From Octopus vulgaris (Eukaryota), in NCBI GenBank assembly GCA_951406725.2, contig OX597822.1, positions 19,344,001 through 19,408,000 on the forward strand: a stretch of 64,000 nucleotides of DNA, in the 5' to 3' direction. This document shows positions 50,709 to 63,380 of the stretch, piece after piece. The translations under genes were made by a program, and so were the position numbers. Positions within the stretch are counted from its first letter, which is position 1. Every line of letters begins with the position of its first letter. A model generated the notes under the pieces. It did no database searches. It was not told the origin of the DNA and was given only the letters and a program-made list of their open reading frames with translations.

Positions 50709-51125
50709 TAAAGAAAAAAGGTTGGTCATTCGCCAAAAATTCTTATAAAAACTTATGATTTCTGATGAATTTTTGACAAAGCAATACATGCTTTCTCCTA
50801 TCAAATACTGTCTACGAATTCTTTCTGTATAAACAGTTATGATTTCTGATGAACTAATAAACAATTATGAACTTATTTTATTGCCTATTTTGAACACTTT
50901 TATGTAAACTGTTTAAACACAAAGCTTCTCTTAACATTTTCTTATCATTGTCAAAGACTCTATCACTGTATTTTAATACATCTATGTTAACTCATTGTTA
51001 ACGCCACAAAGTCTACACAAAGCCTTACACTTTACTTTTGAAAAATCTGTTTTAAAAAGATGTGAAACTGGTCAAGTCAATAAATATCTTTAAAAGACTT
51101 CTGCATTTTCAAATCCTCTTCCCTA

Positions 51126-51184
<59 letters not shown>

Positions 51185-51236
51185 TAAAAAATTAAAATAT
51201 AGTTTTTAGTATCAAACTATGATAAAGTGATATAGA

Positions 51237-51315
51237 GGCCTGATGATTTGGGTTATATTTTAAGAAAGGTTCCAGCAAGGAACCAGGAAATGAACCTCAA
51301 GAAACACATGTAGCC
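51237..51315 (+). ncRNA. Minimal type I hammerhead ribozyme motif with intact core
   Basis: ggc-CTGATGA (51240-51246)-stem II ttgggtt/aacctcaa with inner hairpin ggttcc/ggaacc-GAAAC (51301-51305)-acat-GTA-gcc. Stem I is only 3 bp. Confidence 0.6.
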
Positions 51316-51481
51316 GAGATATAAGTAGTAAGTATTTAAATTAAAATTCTTTTATATGGTGGGATGAAGGGGCCCACTATCTCTAAATGAAAATATATAT
51401 TTCCTCATTGAGAATGATTTGAACCCCTGTTATGCTGGAATTTTTATTCCCTAACAAATAAAATTAAAGATATATATATAT

Positions 51482-51807
51482 ATACAAGGTGAAACTAATA
51501 GAAATGAAAGTATTAAAAGTGAAACTATTAACAGTAAAACAATTGAAAGTGAAACTATTCTATCACATTACACTAGAGATGCTATTGTTTCACTTTTGAC
51601 ACATAATACTGAAACGGTCTAAGAGATTGCTCTGGGCTTGCATTAGGCAAGAAGTTGAAAAATTTTTTTGGCCCATGGCACTCCATGAACCCTAAGTAAG
51701 GCATGTGTAAAGTTTGAATGAAATCGGTAGGATGGTTCTCGAGTTTTTGTGATGCACACATACACACAGACAGACAGACACACATTCTTAGTTTTATATA
51801 TATAGAT
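51482..51807. mobile_element. Helitron/Helentron-like non-autonomous element; similar ends at about 150-280 and 57760-57932
   Basis: aaagtttgaatgaaatcgg ... (caga)n ... ttttatatatatagat architecture with short gtgaaacta repeats. Confidence 0.5.
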
Positions 51808-51924
51808 TACACTATTTTAAATTGCTTAATTGAAAACTTGCTTTTAAAAAAATGATCTCTTTTTGTTGATAGACTGTCCTCTTCCAATGAACAGGTGGCT
51901 AATATATGACAGCTAGAATGACAG

Positions 51925-52222
51925 GTAAATAGATAAATAAACATAGTCAGACAGAGAGACAAACAGACAGATAGGTAGACAAACAGATAGACAGGGTAGC
52001 AGCCAGGCAGGCAGACAAGCAGACAGGCAGGTAAACACACTGGCAGATAAACAGAGATGAATAGAAGGCAGAGACAGCCGGGTAGATAGACAGGCTGGTG
52101 TGTAGACAGACAGATGGGCAGATAGACAGGGAAGAAGTGGGTGAGGCAGATAGATTAACAGACTGAGAGGCATGTAGATAGACCAACAGACTGGCACATA
52201 GACAGTTAATCAGACAGACAGG
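51925..52222. repeat. Degenerate (AGAC/AGAT/AGGC)n tetranucleotide repeat
   Basis: Visible 4-bp periodicity. Confidence 0.9.
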
Positions 52223-52664
52223 AAGATATATTGGCCATAAAAAACGAACATTCTCTGTTGTATTCCTTTATTTATATTGTATTTTACAATAGCGTGCATG
52301 CGTGCTCATGTATGAGTGTGTGTGTGTGTTCTATAGTAAATTTACTACTCAGCCACAGATATTCCATTCCACAATGTCACTGAGATATATTAGATTATCT
52401 GTAAACAAGTTGTCAGACTCATACCAGCAGTTGTAGTTTGCAGTTTGTTTGCTAACTAGTTGGAGACAAAATCTGGCAAAGCAGAAGATTGGCTGCAGAA
52501 AAACTAGTTGAGATTTAACAGTCTCACACTGATAATTATTTGTCGGTGTATCTTTGCTGACAAGCTGACTTTGCAGCAAAACTGCTGTGTTTTAAACACA
52601 GGAATATATTGTATATTGTGTGTGTAGATGTGTGTGTGTGTGTCTCTCTCTCTCTCTAAATATA

Positions 52665-52881
52665 TACTCTTTTACTCTTTTACTTGTTTCAGTCATTTGA
52701 CTGTGGCCATGCTGGAGCACCGCCTTTAGTCGAGCAAATCAACCCCAGGACTTATTCTTTGTAAGCCTAGTACTTATTCTATCAGTCTCTCTTGCCAAAC
52801 CGCTAAGTTTACGGAGACGTAAACACACCAGCATCAGTTGTCAAGCAATGGTGGGGGACAAACACAGACACACAAACATAT

Positions 52882-52934
<53 letters not shown>

Positions 52935-53100
52935 TACGACAGGCTTCTTTCAGTTTCCATCTACCAAATCCACTCACAAGGCTTTGGTCGACCCAAGGCT
53001 ATCGTAGAAGACACTTGCCCAAGGTGCCACACAGTGGGACTGAACCCGAAACCATGTGGTTGGTAAACAAGCTACTTACCACACAACCACTCCTACGCCT
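52665..53100 (-). mobile_element. tRNA-derived SINE family A (CORE-like centre, internal TA/TG microsatellite, LINE-like tail). Other near-full copies at about 2614-2990(-), 7788-8160(+), 10128-10493(-), 14443-14829(-), 21975-22318(-), 23571-23910(+), 32797-33143(-), 49457-49780(+), 60230-60580(-), plus many fragments
   Basis: Head tggttgtgtggtaag (A box) and gggttcagtccc (B box), gcaccttgggcaagtgtctt centre, tail ggcggtgctccagcatggccacagtcaaatgactgaaacaag(taaaagag)n. Confidence 0.92.
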
Positions 53101-53118
53101 ATATATAATATTTTATTT

Positions 53119-53189
<71 letters not shown>

Positions 53190-54239
53190 TAAATAGATAG
53201 ACAGACAGACAGCTGTTGGTATAGCTGTGTGGTTAAGACCTCTGCTTTGCAATCTTGGGCAAGTGTTTTCTACTACAGCTCTGAATCAATGAAAGCCTGT
53301 CATGTATATATTGTTGTCCTCACTGTCATTATCATCATTGCCGTCATTTAATGTCTACTTTTCCATGCTTGCATGGGTCAAACAGAATTCATCTAAGCAA
53401 ATTTTCTATAGCTAGATGCCCTTCCTGTTGTCAACCCTCACCTGTTTTTAAGCAAGGTAAGATTTCCCCTTGGTTAGACATGTTTCTCATATCAGAAGAC
53501 AAAAAACTGGAAACAAACCACATTGTTTGTATAACAGCGATGCTTGTTTACATCCATCACATGGTGTCGAGACAAGGGTTGAAACATGTGCACACGAACA
53601 CACACACACACATGAAAGTTAAAACTGACAACGGAACAGGAATTATGTAATCAACTTTATTAGTTTACAGCTATTTCTACTATAAGATGTAGAGCACCCA
53701 GAGATGAGTGCTTGTGCATCGCCTTAGAACTTTCTCAGAGCCTTTAAAATAAGCTCAATGCTTTATTCTGAAGCATATGCATATAGAGTTCTAACAAGTT
53801 AATATCACTATGTGTAAGCAAAATCTTAACATATATATATCATCATCATCATCATCATCATCATCATCGTTTAATGTCCGCTTTCCATGCTAGCATGAGT
53901 TGGATGATTTGACTGAGGGCTGGCGAACCAGATGGCTGCACCAGGCTCCAATCTTTCTACAGCTGGATGCCCTTCCTAACGCCAACCACTACGAGAGTGT
54001 ATTGGGTGCTTTTTACGTGCCACCGGCACGGGGGCCAGTCAGGCGGTACTGGCAATGACCTTGCTCGAATCTTTTTACACATGCCACCGGTACAGGTGCC
54101 AGTAAGGCGACGTTGATAACGATCACGCTCAAATGATGCTCTTGGCACCTTCCTAACATGGGTACGAGTGTCAGTAAGGTGACGCTGGTAACGATATACA
54201 TACATATGCGCATACATACATACATACATAAATACATAT

Positions 54240-55160
54240 AACCGGATTACTGCCATATGCGTTTGCAATCCAGGAACAGGAAATATCAACCAAGTATCTC
54301 ATGCACAAAACGGATAGAGATGCAGGAAAAGCAGTAAAATGTGACAACTGTAGCAGACTTTGTGGAGTTTACACCGAAGGTATCACCCACATCATAAGCA
54401 GTTGTCTGAAAATGTCATGACATTGTCTACTGATGAGACATGATGTTGTAGCTAGGATACTCTATAATGAAATCTGTCAAAAGGATAATCCCAAGAACAA
54501 AGAAATAAAAACAGTATGGTAGAAGCCATAGCCACTCATAATAAAAAGCAGTACTGGTGTAATATCCCAGTGAAGACCTCAATAAAATGTAAGCACAACA
54601 GAACTGATATAATGCTTTGGGTTAAAGAAGGGAAACTGTGCACAGTTGTGGAAATTAGCTGCCCAGCGGATGTTAACATGAAGCTGAAGATCAGTGAAAA
54701 AAAGAACACCTGTGCTGAACTATTGCGAAATCTGCAGTTACTCTATCCAGATTACAAGTTCAGGTTTACACCTGTAATTATTGGGGCTCTAGGATGTGTA
54801 ACACACTGCCTAAATATCAATCTTGAGAAATTAGGCTTCTCAAAACCAGAAAGGAGAAAGCTAATTTGAAGGCTACAGATCCAATCCATTACTGGAACTC
54901 TAAAAATCTGTAAAACCGTTCAGAAGTTTAGCATTTAATTATATCTAATTATATATGAGCATGTCTAGATATGCAACTCTATGCATGAGAATACATACAT
55001 AAAACAAAACATACAAATCTGCACATATACATACATACATACATACATACATAACCTGTTGTTGATGTTGAAATTCCAGTGAAGGAGCCTTGGGTCTAAG
55101 CTAGAAACTGACTCTTTCTCAATTGGCAAGAAATCTTGAAATAAAACTGAACAATGACGT
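54240..55160 (+). mobile_element. R4/Dong-like LINE 3' fragment (zinc knuckle plus restriction-like endonuclease)
   Basis: Remnants RLCGVYTEGITHIISSC, MRHDVVARILY, then KHNRTDIMLW...TVVEISCPAD (PD-(D/E)xK type) and PVIIGALG. Confidence 0.8.
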
Positions 55161-56121
55161 ACATATAAGCACACACATACATACACACACAGCACACACA
55201 CACATGCACCTATATAATGGACTACCAAAACCCCTCACAAGGCTTTGGTCAGATTGAGTTTAGACACTTGCCTAAAGTGCTGTGCAGTGGAACTGAACCC
55301 AAGACCACATGGCTGGGAAGCCTGTATAGAAAATTTATCATTGAATTTATTGCTAAACCTTATCTTGCTTACTGTGCTTAAAAACATAGTTTCTATTGCT
55401 ATTGCAAGCTGTTAAACTAAACTTATATTTTTAATACCCTTAAGTAGCATTGATTCTCACTGATTTCAAGGGTCTAGATCAATGAAGACACAGTAAAATG
55501 ATTTGTTCTCTGTCGAGAACTTATTATAGTATCTATAGTTCCATATTCTGACATAAATCCAAACTGTATCTTATGCAAGTTAACACTATCTTGTACAAAC
55601 TTTTCTTAGGCTCTCTCAGATACTTTCAAGAACTAATTCAATAGTTTGAAGATTCTGTTATTTGCAGTCAAATCTCACCAAGGTCTTTGCTTTCTATACC
55701 TTAAGGGTTGATAAAATAAAATGCCAATTGATCAAATGTTCTTCTCCCCTCAAATATTTAGCTCTGTTCCAATGTTGGAAATCATTATTTGCTCTTCTTT
55801 GTTACCCTATCTCTGCTAAAATACACTACCGTTATTTGAATTAATTTTGAAAATCACAAATAATTTAATAAAATAACTTTGTTGTTAAGTTGGTATTGAA
55901 ACATAAACTAACATGAAATTGTGGCAGGTTTTAATTTTGATCACTTTAAGTGAGAAATTTTGCATTATAGAACCCAGGGTGGTCTTAAGTGGGTTAGTGT
56001 CAAACGGTTAAGAGCTTCATTAAATCAGATAACCTGATTTGCATTAATAATACATTCTTGGCAGCTGGTCCCTCTTTTTCTACTCACAGGGAAGAGAGAT
56101 TGTAAATGACTGTCTAGTGCA

Positions 56122-56352
56122 TTAACCCATAACTTTTGAATACCAACCTGCCTGAGACCACCCTTGACTCTATGATACCAGTTCTTGTTTTAAAGTGTTC
56201 TAAATTAAAATGTTTCATCAAAATTTCATGTTAATTCATGTTCCAAGCACAAGCTTAATCAGGACAAAAGTATTTTACTAAATTCTTCATTATTTTCAAA
56301 ATTATTTGAAAGAAAGTGTATTTCAACTGAAATATTGCAAATAAAGGGTTAA
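56122..56352. mobile_element. piggyBac-type MITE (TTAA-CCC...GGG-TTAA); other copies at about 797-1024, 4250-4358, 23300-23505, 55795-56011
   Basis: ttaaccc ... gggttaa ends; shared body (ttttactaaattcttcattattttcaaaatt) among copies. Confidence 0.75.
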
Positions 56353-58844
56353 CATCCTGTTGAAAATTATCTAAGTCAAAAACCCAGTACTATAATAATT
56401 CCAGCACAAAATAGAAATAAATGAAGAAGGGTTTTCTCCCTTCATTTTAAAGAGTTATAGTGAAACACCAGCTGACAGTTGAACCATAGCCTTCAGATTT
56501 TCTCAGCCAGAATCACAAACTAATGTAATTCCATAAAAGAAAAAGTGTCATCATAAACAGGATGGGGAGAGATTAATATAGCTGATACACAGCTTAATCA
56601 TCTACAGGTGTCAACCCTAAGGTAAAGTTAAATCATCATCATCATCAGCTGCAGCAGCAGCAGCACCACCACAACAACAATAACTACAACCATCATTATC
56701 AGCAGCAGCAGCATGGAGGCGCAATGGCCCAGTGGTTAGGGCAGCGGACTCACGGTCAGAGGATCGCGGTTTCGATTCCCAGATCGGGCATTGTGTGTGT
56801 TTATTGAACAAAACCACCTAAAGCTCCACGACCCCTGTTGTACTCTTTCGCTCCAACTTTCTCTCACTCTTTCTTCCTGTTTCTTGTCCCCGACTTCCTA
56901 CGCAACCGCTGAGCCTGGATGCGCATTCATCCATCCATCGATGCTCTCAGTGTCGGGAGTTGACCTGCTTTTTCTTCTGCGGGTCTTACGAATAGCCAAG
57001 GACCACGTTTCAGACTTCTCCCATCTTGTGAGCTCTGGGACGAAGACCGTTCGCTCAACAGCAACAGCAGCAGCAGCATCACCATCACTACCACAACCAC
57101 CACCATCATTGACATTGTCATCTACTTGAATGGATCAAATGAAACTTAATAAAACAGTTTTTCTATGGCCAGATGCTCTCCCTGTTCCCAATCCTACCAA
57201 GAAAAGTAGCATTTCCTTTAGTTTTACAAACAACAAGCAGCTCAAAGACTAGATATGTTTTTGCAAAGACACTATTAACTTATGTTTTGGACATTATTGG
57301 CCCAGGCCAAGTCTAACCTAATAGCATCACATGGGGTTGTCTTTTAAGTCATGTCTTAGGACATCATAGCCCATTCAAGTTGAAAGTTGTTGTTTACTGA
57401 ATTGATGGTTAGTCTAGTATTTCTTGGAGAAATTTTCCAGGTACAATTTCAATGTTATGGGCTCTTTTTCTCCTTTAAAGTCTTTTGGAATATTATTGAC
57501 AGACTGTGGTATTGATTATTGCTTTTATGCAGCACTAGCTTAAAAGCTGTGCCCAGTGAAGACATTTAGGCTAGCTCCTGCGGATCAAAACTAAAGAAAG
57601 CAATAATAATAAAGCATTTATTGGTACCCTACCGATATGGTATTACCCTACCAATATGGTGTGACTTTAAATTCAGTTTAAAGGAAAAACTTTAAGTTCA
57701 CAAATTTCCAGAGTTCTTTTAAAATTTGAATTTTCAACTGTTAGTATATAACAAATCCTCATTCAGACCTGATCTCAATGCCGGATGTTCAAGAACCAAA
57801 TGAAGGACAGATTTTCAATCCCGGGATCATCCTGATTCCAAAAAGATATAATGTCTATATAGAACTGATGCAGACTGAGATACAGGTGTCTCAGATGGAC
57901 AGACAGACAGAATTTCGCATTTATTACTATAGAATCAAATAATACTTGTTTCAAATTTTGGTACAAGGCCAGCAGTTTTGGGGAGGGGATAAGTTGATTA
58001 CATCAACCCCAGTGTTCAACTAGTACTTATTTTACTAACCTTGAAAGGATGAAAGGAAAAGTTGACTTTCAAGGAATTTGAAATCAGACCATAAAGACAG
58101 ATAAAATACCACTAACAATTTGTCCAGTCTGCAAACAATTTTGCAAGCTCGCTGCCTTGTAAAAATGTTGCCAGTAGGTGCTTCAGAGAATCAATCTCCT
58201 GTACTTCTCAAACTGCAGGTATATGCTCTGTACCATGACAATAAGCAACCCGTGACAATAAGCAAATATCAAGACAATAGAAAGATAAACCCACACATAC
58301 ACATGCTCACACACAGGCACGCGCACACACACACACACACACACATCAAGGCATGGGGTTGGACCCAGAATCTCACAGTTCCAAGTCAAGCTGGTGAACC
58401 ACTCAGACATGCCAGTATCTACACATCCATACACAAAGCAAATTTATATTTAAGATGGTGCTGTATTTCAACATTTGCCTTAATAAGCAATTAGCTCTAA
58501 GTTTTGTAAATTGATTCTTTGTGTCCAGCTGGTGCTACCATAAAACAATAGGGCAGATATACTGGTGCCAAATCATACTGACATAAAGTCATTAAATTTC
58601 CTGACCTGGTTATCAGCATATTTTTGACAGGAAGTTCACGAAATGTTATAAAATTACAAACTTATGAAGTGCTAAGGCAAAAGGGGGTGGGGAGAAAATA
58701 TTGAAGTCGCACTTTCTCTCTCTGTCTTTTTCTCTTTCTCTCTCTTTCTCTCCCCCTCTCCCTTTCTCTATTACTCCCTCTTACTCTCTTTTCTTTTTTA
58801 CATTGTAACATTTATGCTAGTGGCAACAATGATTACAGTTAAGG

Positions 58845-59150
58845 TGATGAATGATGATTGTGGTGATAATTATTTCCATGATATGATGATGATGATGACG
58901 ATGACGATGACGACGATGCCGATGGCGACGATGCCGATGGCGACGATGATGATGATGATGATAATGACAATGATGATGACAACAACTACAATTCTGATGA
59001 TGACAATGATGATGATGACAACAATGATGGTGTTGATGATGATGATGATGACAACTACAATGATGACAGCAATGATGATGATGGCAGTGATGATGATAAG
59101 AGCAACAATGGCAACGACAGCTCTGATGATGGCAATGATGATGTCTCCAT
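58845..59150. repeat. Degenerate (ATG/ACG/ACA)n trinucleotide repeat
   Basis: Visible 3-bp periodicity. Confidence 0.95.
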
Positions 59151-59254
59151 GACACTCCTGATGACTGTAGATTAGATTTTAATTTAAAATGGTAGTTTTT
59201 TTTTTATCTTGCATGAATTTTGTGCCTATATTTCAACTGTACTTCAGTTAATAT

Positions 59255-59823
59255 ACGTATATACATACATAATATACACACATACATATATAGATACATA
59301 TGCACATACAAATATACATACATATATACATGCATATCTATACACAACATGCACAAACATTCACTTGCATACTTGCACTGACACACATACATACACACAT
59401 ACAAACACACATACATACACACATACAAACACACACACATACATACATACATACACACACACATACATACACACATACACACACACATACACACATACAA
59501 ACACACATACATACACACATACAAACACACACACATACATACACACACACACACATACATACATACATACATACACACACACACATACATACATACATAT
59601 ATACACACACACATACATACATACATATATACACACACATACATACATACATACACACACATACATACATACATACACACACACATACATACACACACAC
59701 ATACATACATACATACACACACACATACATACATCATGCATACATGCATACATGCATACATGCATACATACATACATACATACATACATACATACATACA
59801 TACATACATACACTCACACATAC
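59255..59823. repeat. Compound (CA)n/(TACA)n microsatellite
   Basis: Direct inspection. Confidence 0.97.
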
Positions 59824-61419
59824 AAACAATAATTTACTGCTATCTCCAGCAGGATCAAGCCACCATATAAAGCAGTTATGGGAAATCTTTTTCAAGAAGC
59901 AGGTGGCACAAGACATGTCTCATCGTCAGGTGGGATGCATTAGTAAATAAATTCAAGGTAATTTTTCATTGGTGTGCCATTCAGAATGTCCCTTGTGCCA
60001 CAGTGTGCCCATGGAGCCTCTTTTCTACTCACCTTGAGTAGGTTAATCTTTGCAGGTCTACTAAAGCAGGGGCTCTCAACCATTTTTTATCTATGGACCC
60101 CTTTGATTACTATTTTATTTTGGTGGACCCTCGTTGTTATTTGATGTTTAAAAACTAGTCTTACACATACTTCTTTCAAAATTACCATTTTATTTTCCAC
60201 CCATTCACTTATGTATTTTTTTTTTCTCTTATCATGCTGAGGCATTGCCTTGAAGAATTTTTAGTCAAATGAATTGACCCCAGTATTTATTTTCTTTTTC
60301 TTTAATCCTGCTACTTATTCTATCAGTCTCTTTGCCAAATCACTATGTTGCAGGGACATAAACACACCAGCATTGGTTGTCAAACAGTCGTGGGGGGGTC
60401 ACTCACTGATACACACACATATGATGGACTTCTTTCAATTTCCATCTACCTAATCCACTCACATGGCTCTACTATAGCTATAGTAGAAGACACTTGCCCA
60501 AGGTGCCATGCAGTGGGACTGAACCCAGAATTATGAGGTTGGAAACTAAGCTTTGTAACCCCACAGCCTTGCTTGTGCCTATCTACAATTTTAGCTATTG
60601 CAGTTGTAAATATAATTGTAAACATAGATCTCATTGATATTTCAACATTTCAATGACATATACATCTGTGACTTCTGTTACAGAACCTCTCTTGGATTTT
60701 TAGCCCCAAAACTCAAAGACAATAGTATCAAGAATCCCATGACAATCACAAACCACAATGGTATCAGCAATCATCATCATTATCATCAACATTTAACATC
60801 CATTTTCTATGCAGGCATGCTTTTGACAATTTGACAGGAATTGGCAAGGCCAGGGGCCATATCAGGTTCCATAGGCTGTTTTGGCTTGATTTCTTTGGCT
60901 GGATGTCCTTCCTAACACCAATCACTCCACAGAGTGTACAAGGTGCTTTTTACAAAGTACCAGCCCCCGTGCTTTTTACATGTCATCAACACTAGTACTT
61001 TTTACATGGCACCAGCACCAGTGCTTTTTATGTGACACCTTGGTTTTAGGATCTCAGTTCTGTTGTGGAAAGTGAGTCTTCTCGAGTACAGCAATGTGCC
61101 ACATATCTCAGTTCCCTGTCATCTCCTTAGTAAGGTTCTGTGTTTTGAGATCAGCCTTTAATACATTGTCCCATGTCTTCTTGGGTCTCTCTTCCACAAC
61201 TTCCCTCCACTTCAAATAAATGAAGAGAGTAATGATGGTAGTAATTTCACACAAATTTGAGGCATCCAGGAAAAAAACCAACAAACATCAATGGTAACAA
61301 GGAAGAAATTACGCTTCTCAAAGAATTTATGGAAAGTATTTTCTTAATTTAGAAGAGCAACTTAAAATTTCTGTCCCAGAAACTTATTTTCCTCAAAACA
61401 TGAAATTATTGTAATACAA

Positions 61420-61870
61420 GTCAATTCAAACTGAAGAGAAAAACCATTCTAGTAAGATGTGTGTAACCTGCATTTTACTAAGAAGCTTGATATGAAGAAA
61501 TACAGAAATACATAATGATAAAACTTATTTAACTGTTATATTTGTCAAAGACACTATAGTTGTAGCAGTTTGATACTAAACTAACACATGCAGGCATGAA
61601 ACCATTTAAGTGTGAAATCTGTGTGAAATGTTCTTGTCGCATATTGAATTACAGCAGCACCAACTAAATATCTACTCAAATACTAAATTCAATTTCTGCA
61701 AAATTTGCAAGAAATCTTTCTCGTACAAAAAGTGCTTTAAATAAACATCTCTTTATTCTCTTAGCTGAGAAACCTGTTTAGTGTAATGTTTGCATAAAGT
61801 CATTTTGAGAAATGCTGACAAATTAGACATAGTTAGACATATACTAAAGAGAAACAATTAATTTGTAAGA
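61420..61870 (+). pseudogene. Decayed C2H2 zinc-finger array
   Basis: Hand translation gives HAGMKPFKCEICVK, FCKICKKSFS, ALNKHLFILLAEKPV*CNVCIKSF and YTKEKQLICK: TGEKP-like linkers with CxxC, broken by stops and frameshifts. Confidence 0.75.
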
Positions 61871-61961
61871 AGCTAACTCCATGGATAGTCAACGCTTTAA
61901 CTGGAAACAACTCCAAGTTTTAATGATCAGTATAGCATTTTAAATGTTTTATTTATAAGTA

Positions 61962-63230
61962 TTGGGTTATTCCATAAATAATCTGGGTTTTTTTATATTT
62001 CTTGTATTTTTCAAAAGTAAGATAAACAAAGTTCTCCTTAATCTAAAATATACTTCCCTTCATTTTCCCCAATGCTCTTCTATCTATCTGGTAGACTTGC
62101 AAGGCTCTTCTTCCAAAATTCACTTGTCCGTGACAAAAAATACTCCTCCAGTACTGTTCCCACCTTGTCTACAGAATTCACATTTTTTCCGTCCAAATGA
62201 TTTTGTAGAATGCGGAATAAATGGTAATCAGATGGGGCAATGTCCAGCAAATATGGTGGGTGGGGCATTGTTTCCCATTCAAACTGCACCAGCCTTTGGA
62301 ATGTCATCCTCACTGTATGTGGCCAAGCATTGTCTTGATGGAAGACGACCTTTCGTCTTGAAACCAAAGATGGTCGTTTTTCTTCTAGCGCTGACTTAAG
62401 TCACTCAAGCTGCTCGCAGTAGATCTCCTTTGTTATCATTTGGTTTGGGTATAAAACTTCAAAGTAGACTAAACCTTTCATAACCCACCTAACAGATAAC
62501 AATACCTTACATGTGTGAAGACCTTCTTTAGCCTGGGGTGCCAGTGTTTCTCCTTTCCTTGCCCACTGTCTTTGGTGCTTGACATTTTTATAGAGATCCC
62601 ATTTCTTGTCACCAATCACTATTTGGTCCAAAAATGGTTCATTCATGAGATGTGACAGCAAAGACGAGCACACATTCATGCAATTAGACTCAGAAAGTTT
62701 GTGAGGAGACCATTGACCCAATTCAATGACTTTTCTGATGGTACACAGGTGTTGATAAATGGTTGAAAGACCAAACCCAAGCTTCTCTGCTAGTTCCTCA
62801 ACAGTTAAAATGAGATTTTGTTCCACCAGAATTTGCAGGACATCCTCATTGAGCTCTACAGATTTTCCAGGAAAAGCTCATCTTCCAGGCTGTAGTTTCC
62901 AGCTCTGAATTTCTGGAACCACTGTTGACACTGGCTTACGCTTACTGTCCGATCCCCATATACTGCATTAATATTCTTCACACTTTCGGTTGTGTTGTTG
63001 CCTTTAAACTCAATAAGCAAAATATGCTGAATATGCACCGTTGTCACTTCCATTAGAGCTTTGAAAAAATAATTGTTAAAATCGAACTTCACTCTTCAAA
63101 ACTTGCACTAAGAATAAAAGGTAAATTACTACCTGCTTTTATAGCAAGTTGATGCAGGTAGTTTATCCTGTTCTCTCAGACTTTTAGTTCATGGAATTGA
63201 AAAAACTCCATTATTTATAGGATGACCCAA
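61962..63230 (-). mobile_element. Full-length (1269 bp) inactive mariner (DD34D-type) transposon
   Basis: TA flanks; TIRs TTGGGTTATTCCATAAATAAT / ATTATTTATAGGATGACCCAA; broken transposase with WSPHKL, IVIGDKKW, FHQDNAWPH, HPPYLLDIAPSDYHLF. Confidence 0.93.
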
Positions 63231-63309
63231 TATTATATATATACACATACATGTGATGGTGGTGGGTGTATGTACACACACACACACACATGCGCACACA
63301 CACACACAC

Positions 63310-63380
<71 letters not shown>

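Noticed and set aside
52349-52579. Possible SHC exon in unique sequence
   Set aside because: No SHC motif in any frame; candidate splice pairs give stops or an incompatible phase.
55075-55120. Hairpin plus GAAAC in the R4-like LINE 3' UTR as a ribozyme
   Set aside because: No CTGANGA and no GTH in position.
56715-56790. tRNA gene
   Set aside because: A and B boxes are present, but the sequence continues into a SINE body shared with 49015-49329 and has no proper acceptor stem.
58814-59155. Met-rich and His/Cys-rich ORFs resembling metal-binding proteins
   Set aside because: Translations of a degenerate (ATG)n microsatellite; no splice or domain support.
59204-59950. YVCM/HTHTY repeat ORFs (also 45416-45784, 51807-52197, 63189-63489)
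   Set aside because: Simple-repeat translations.
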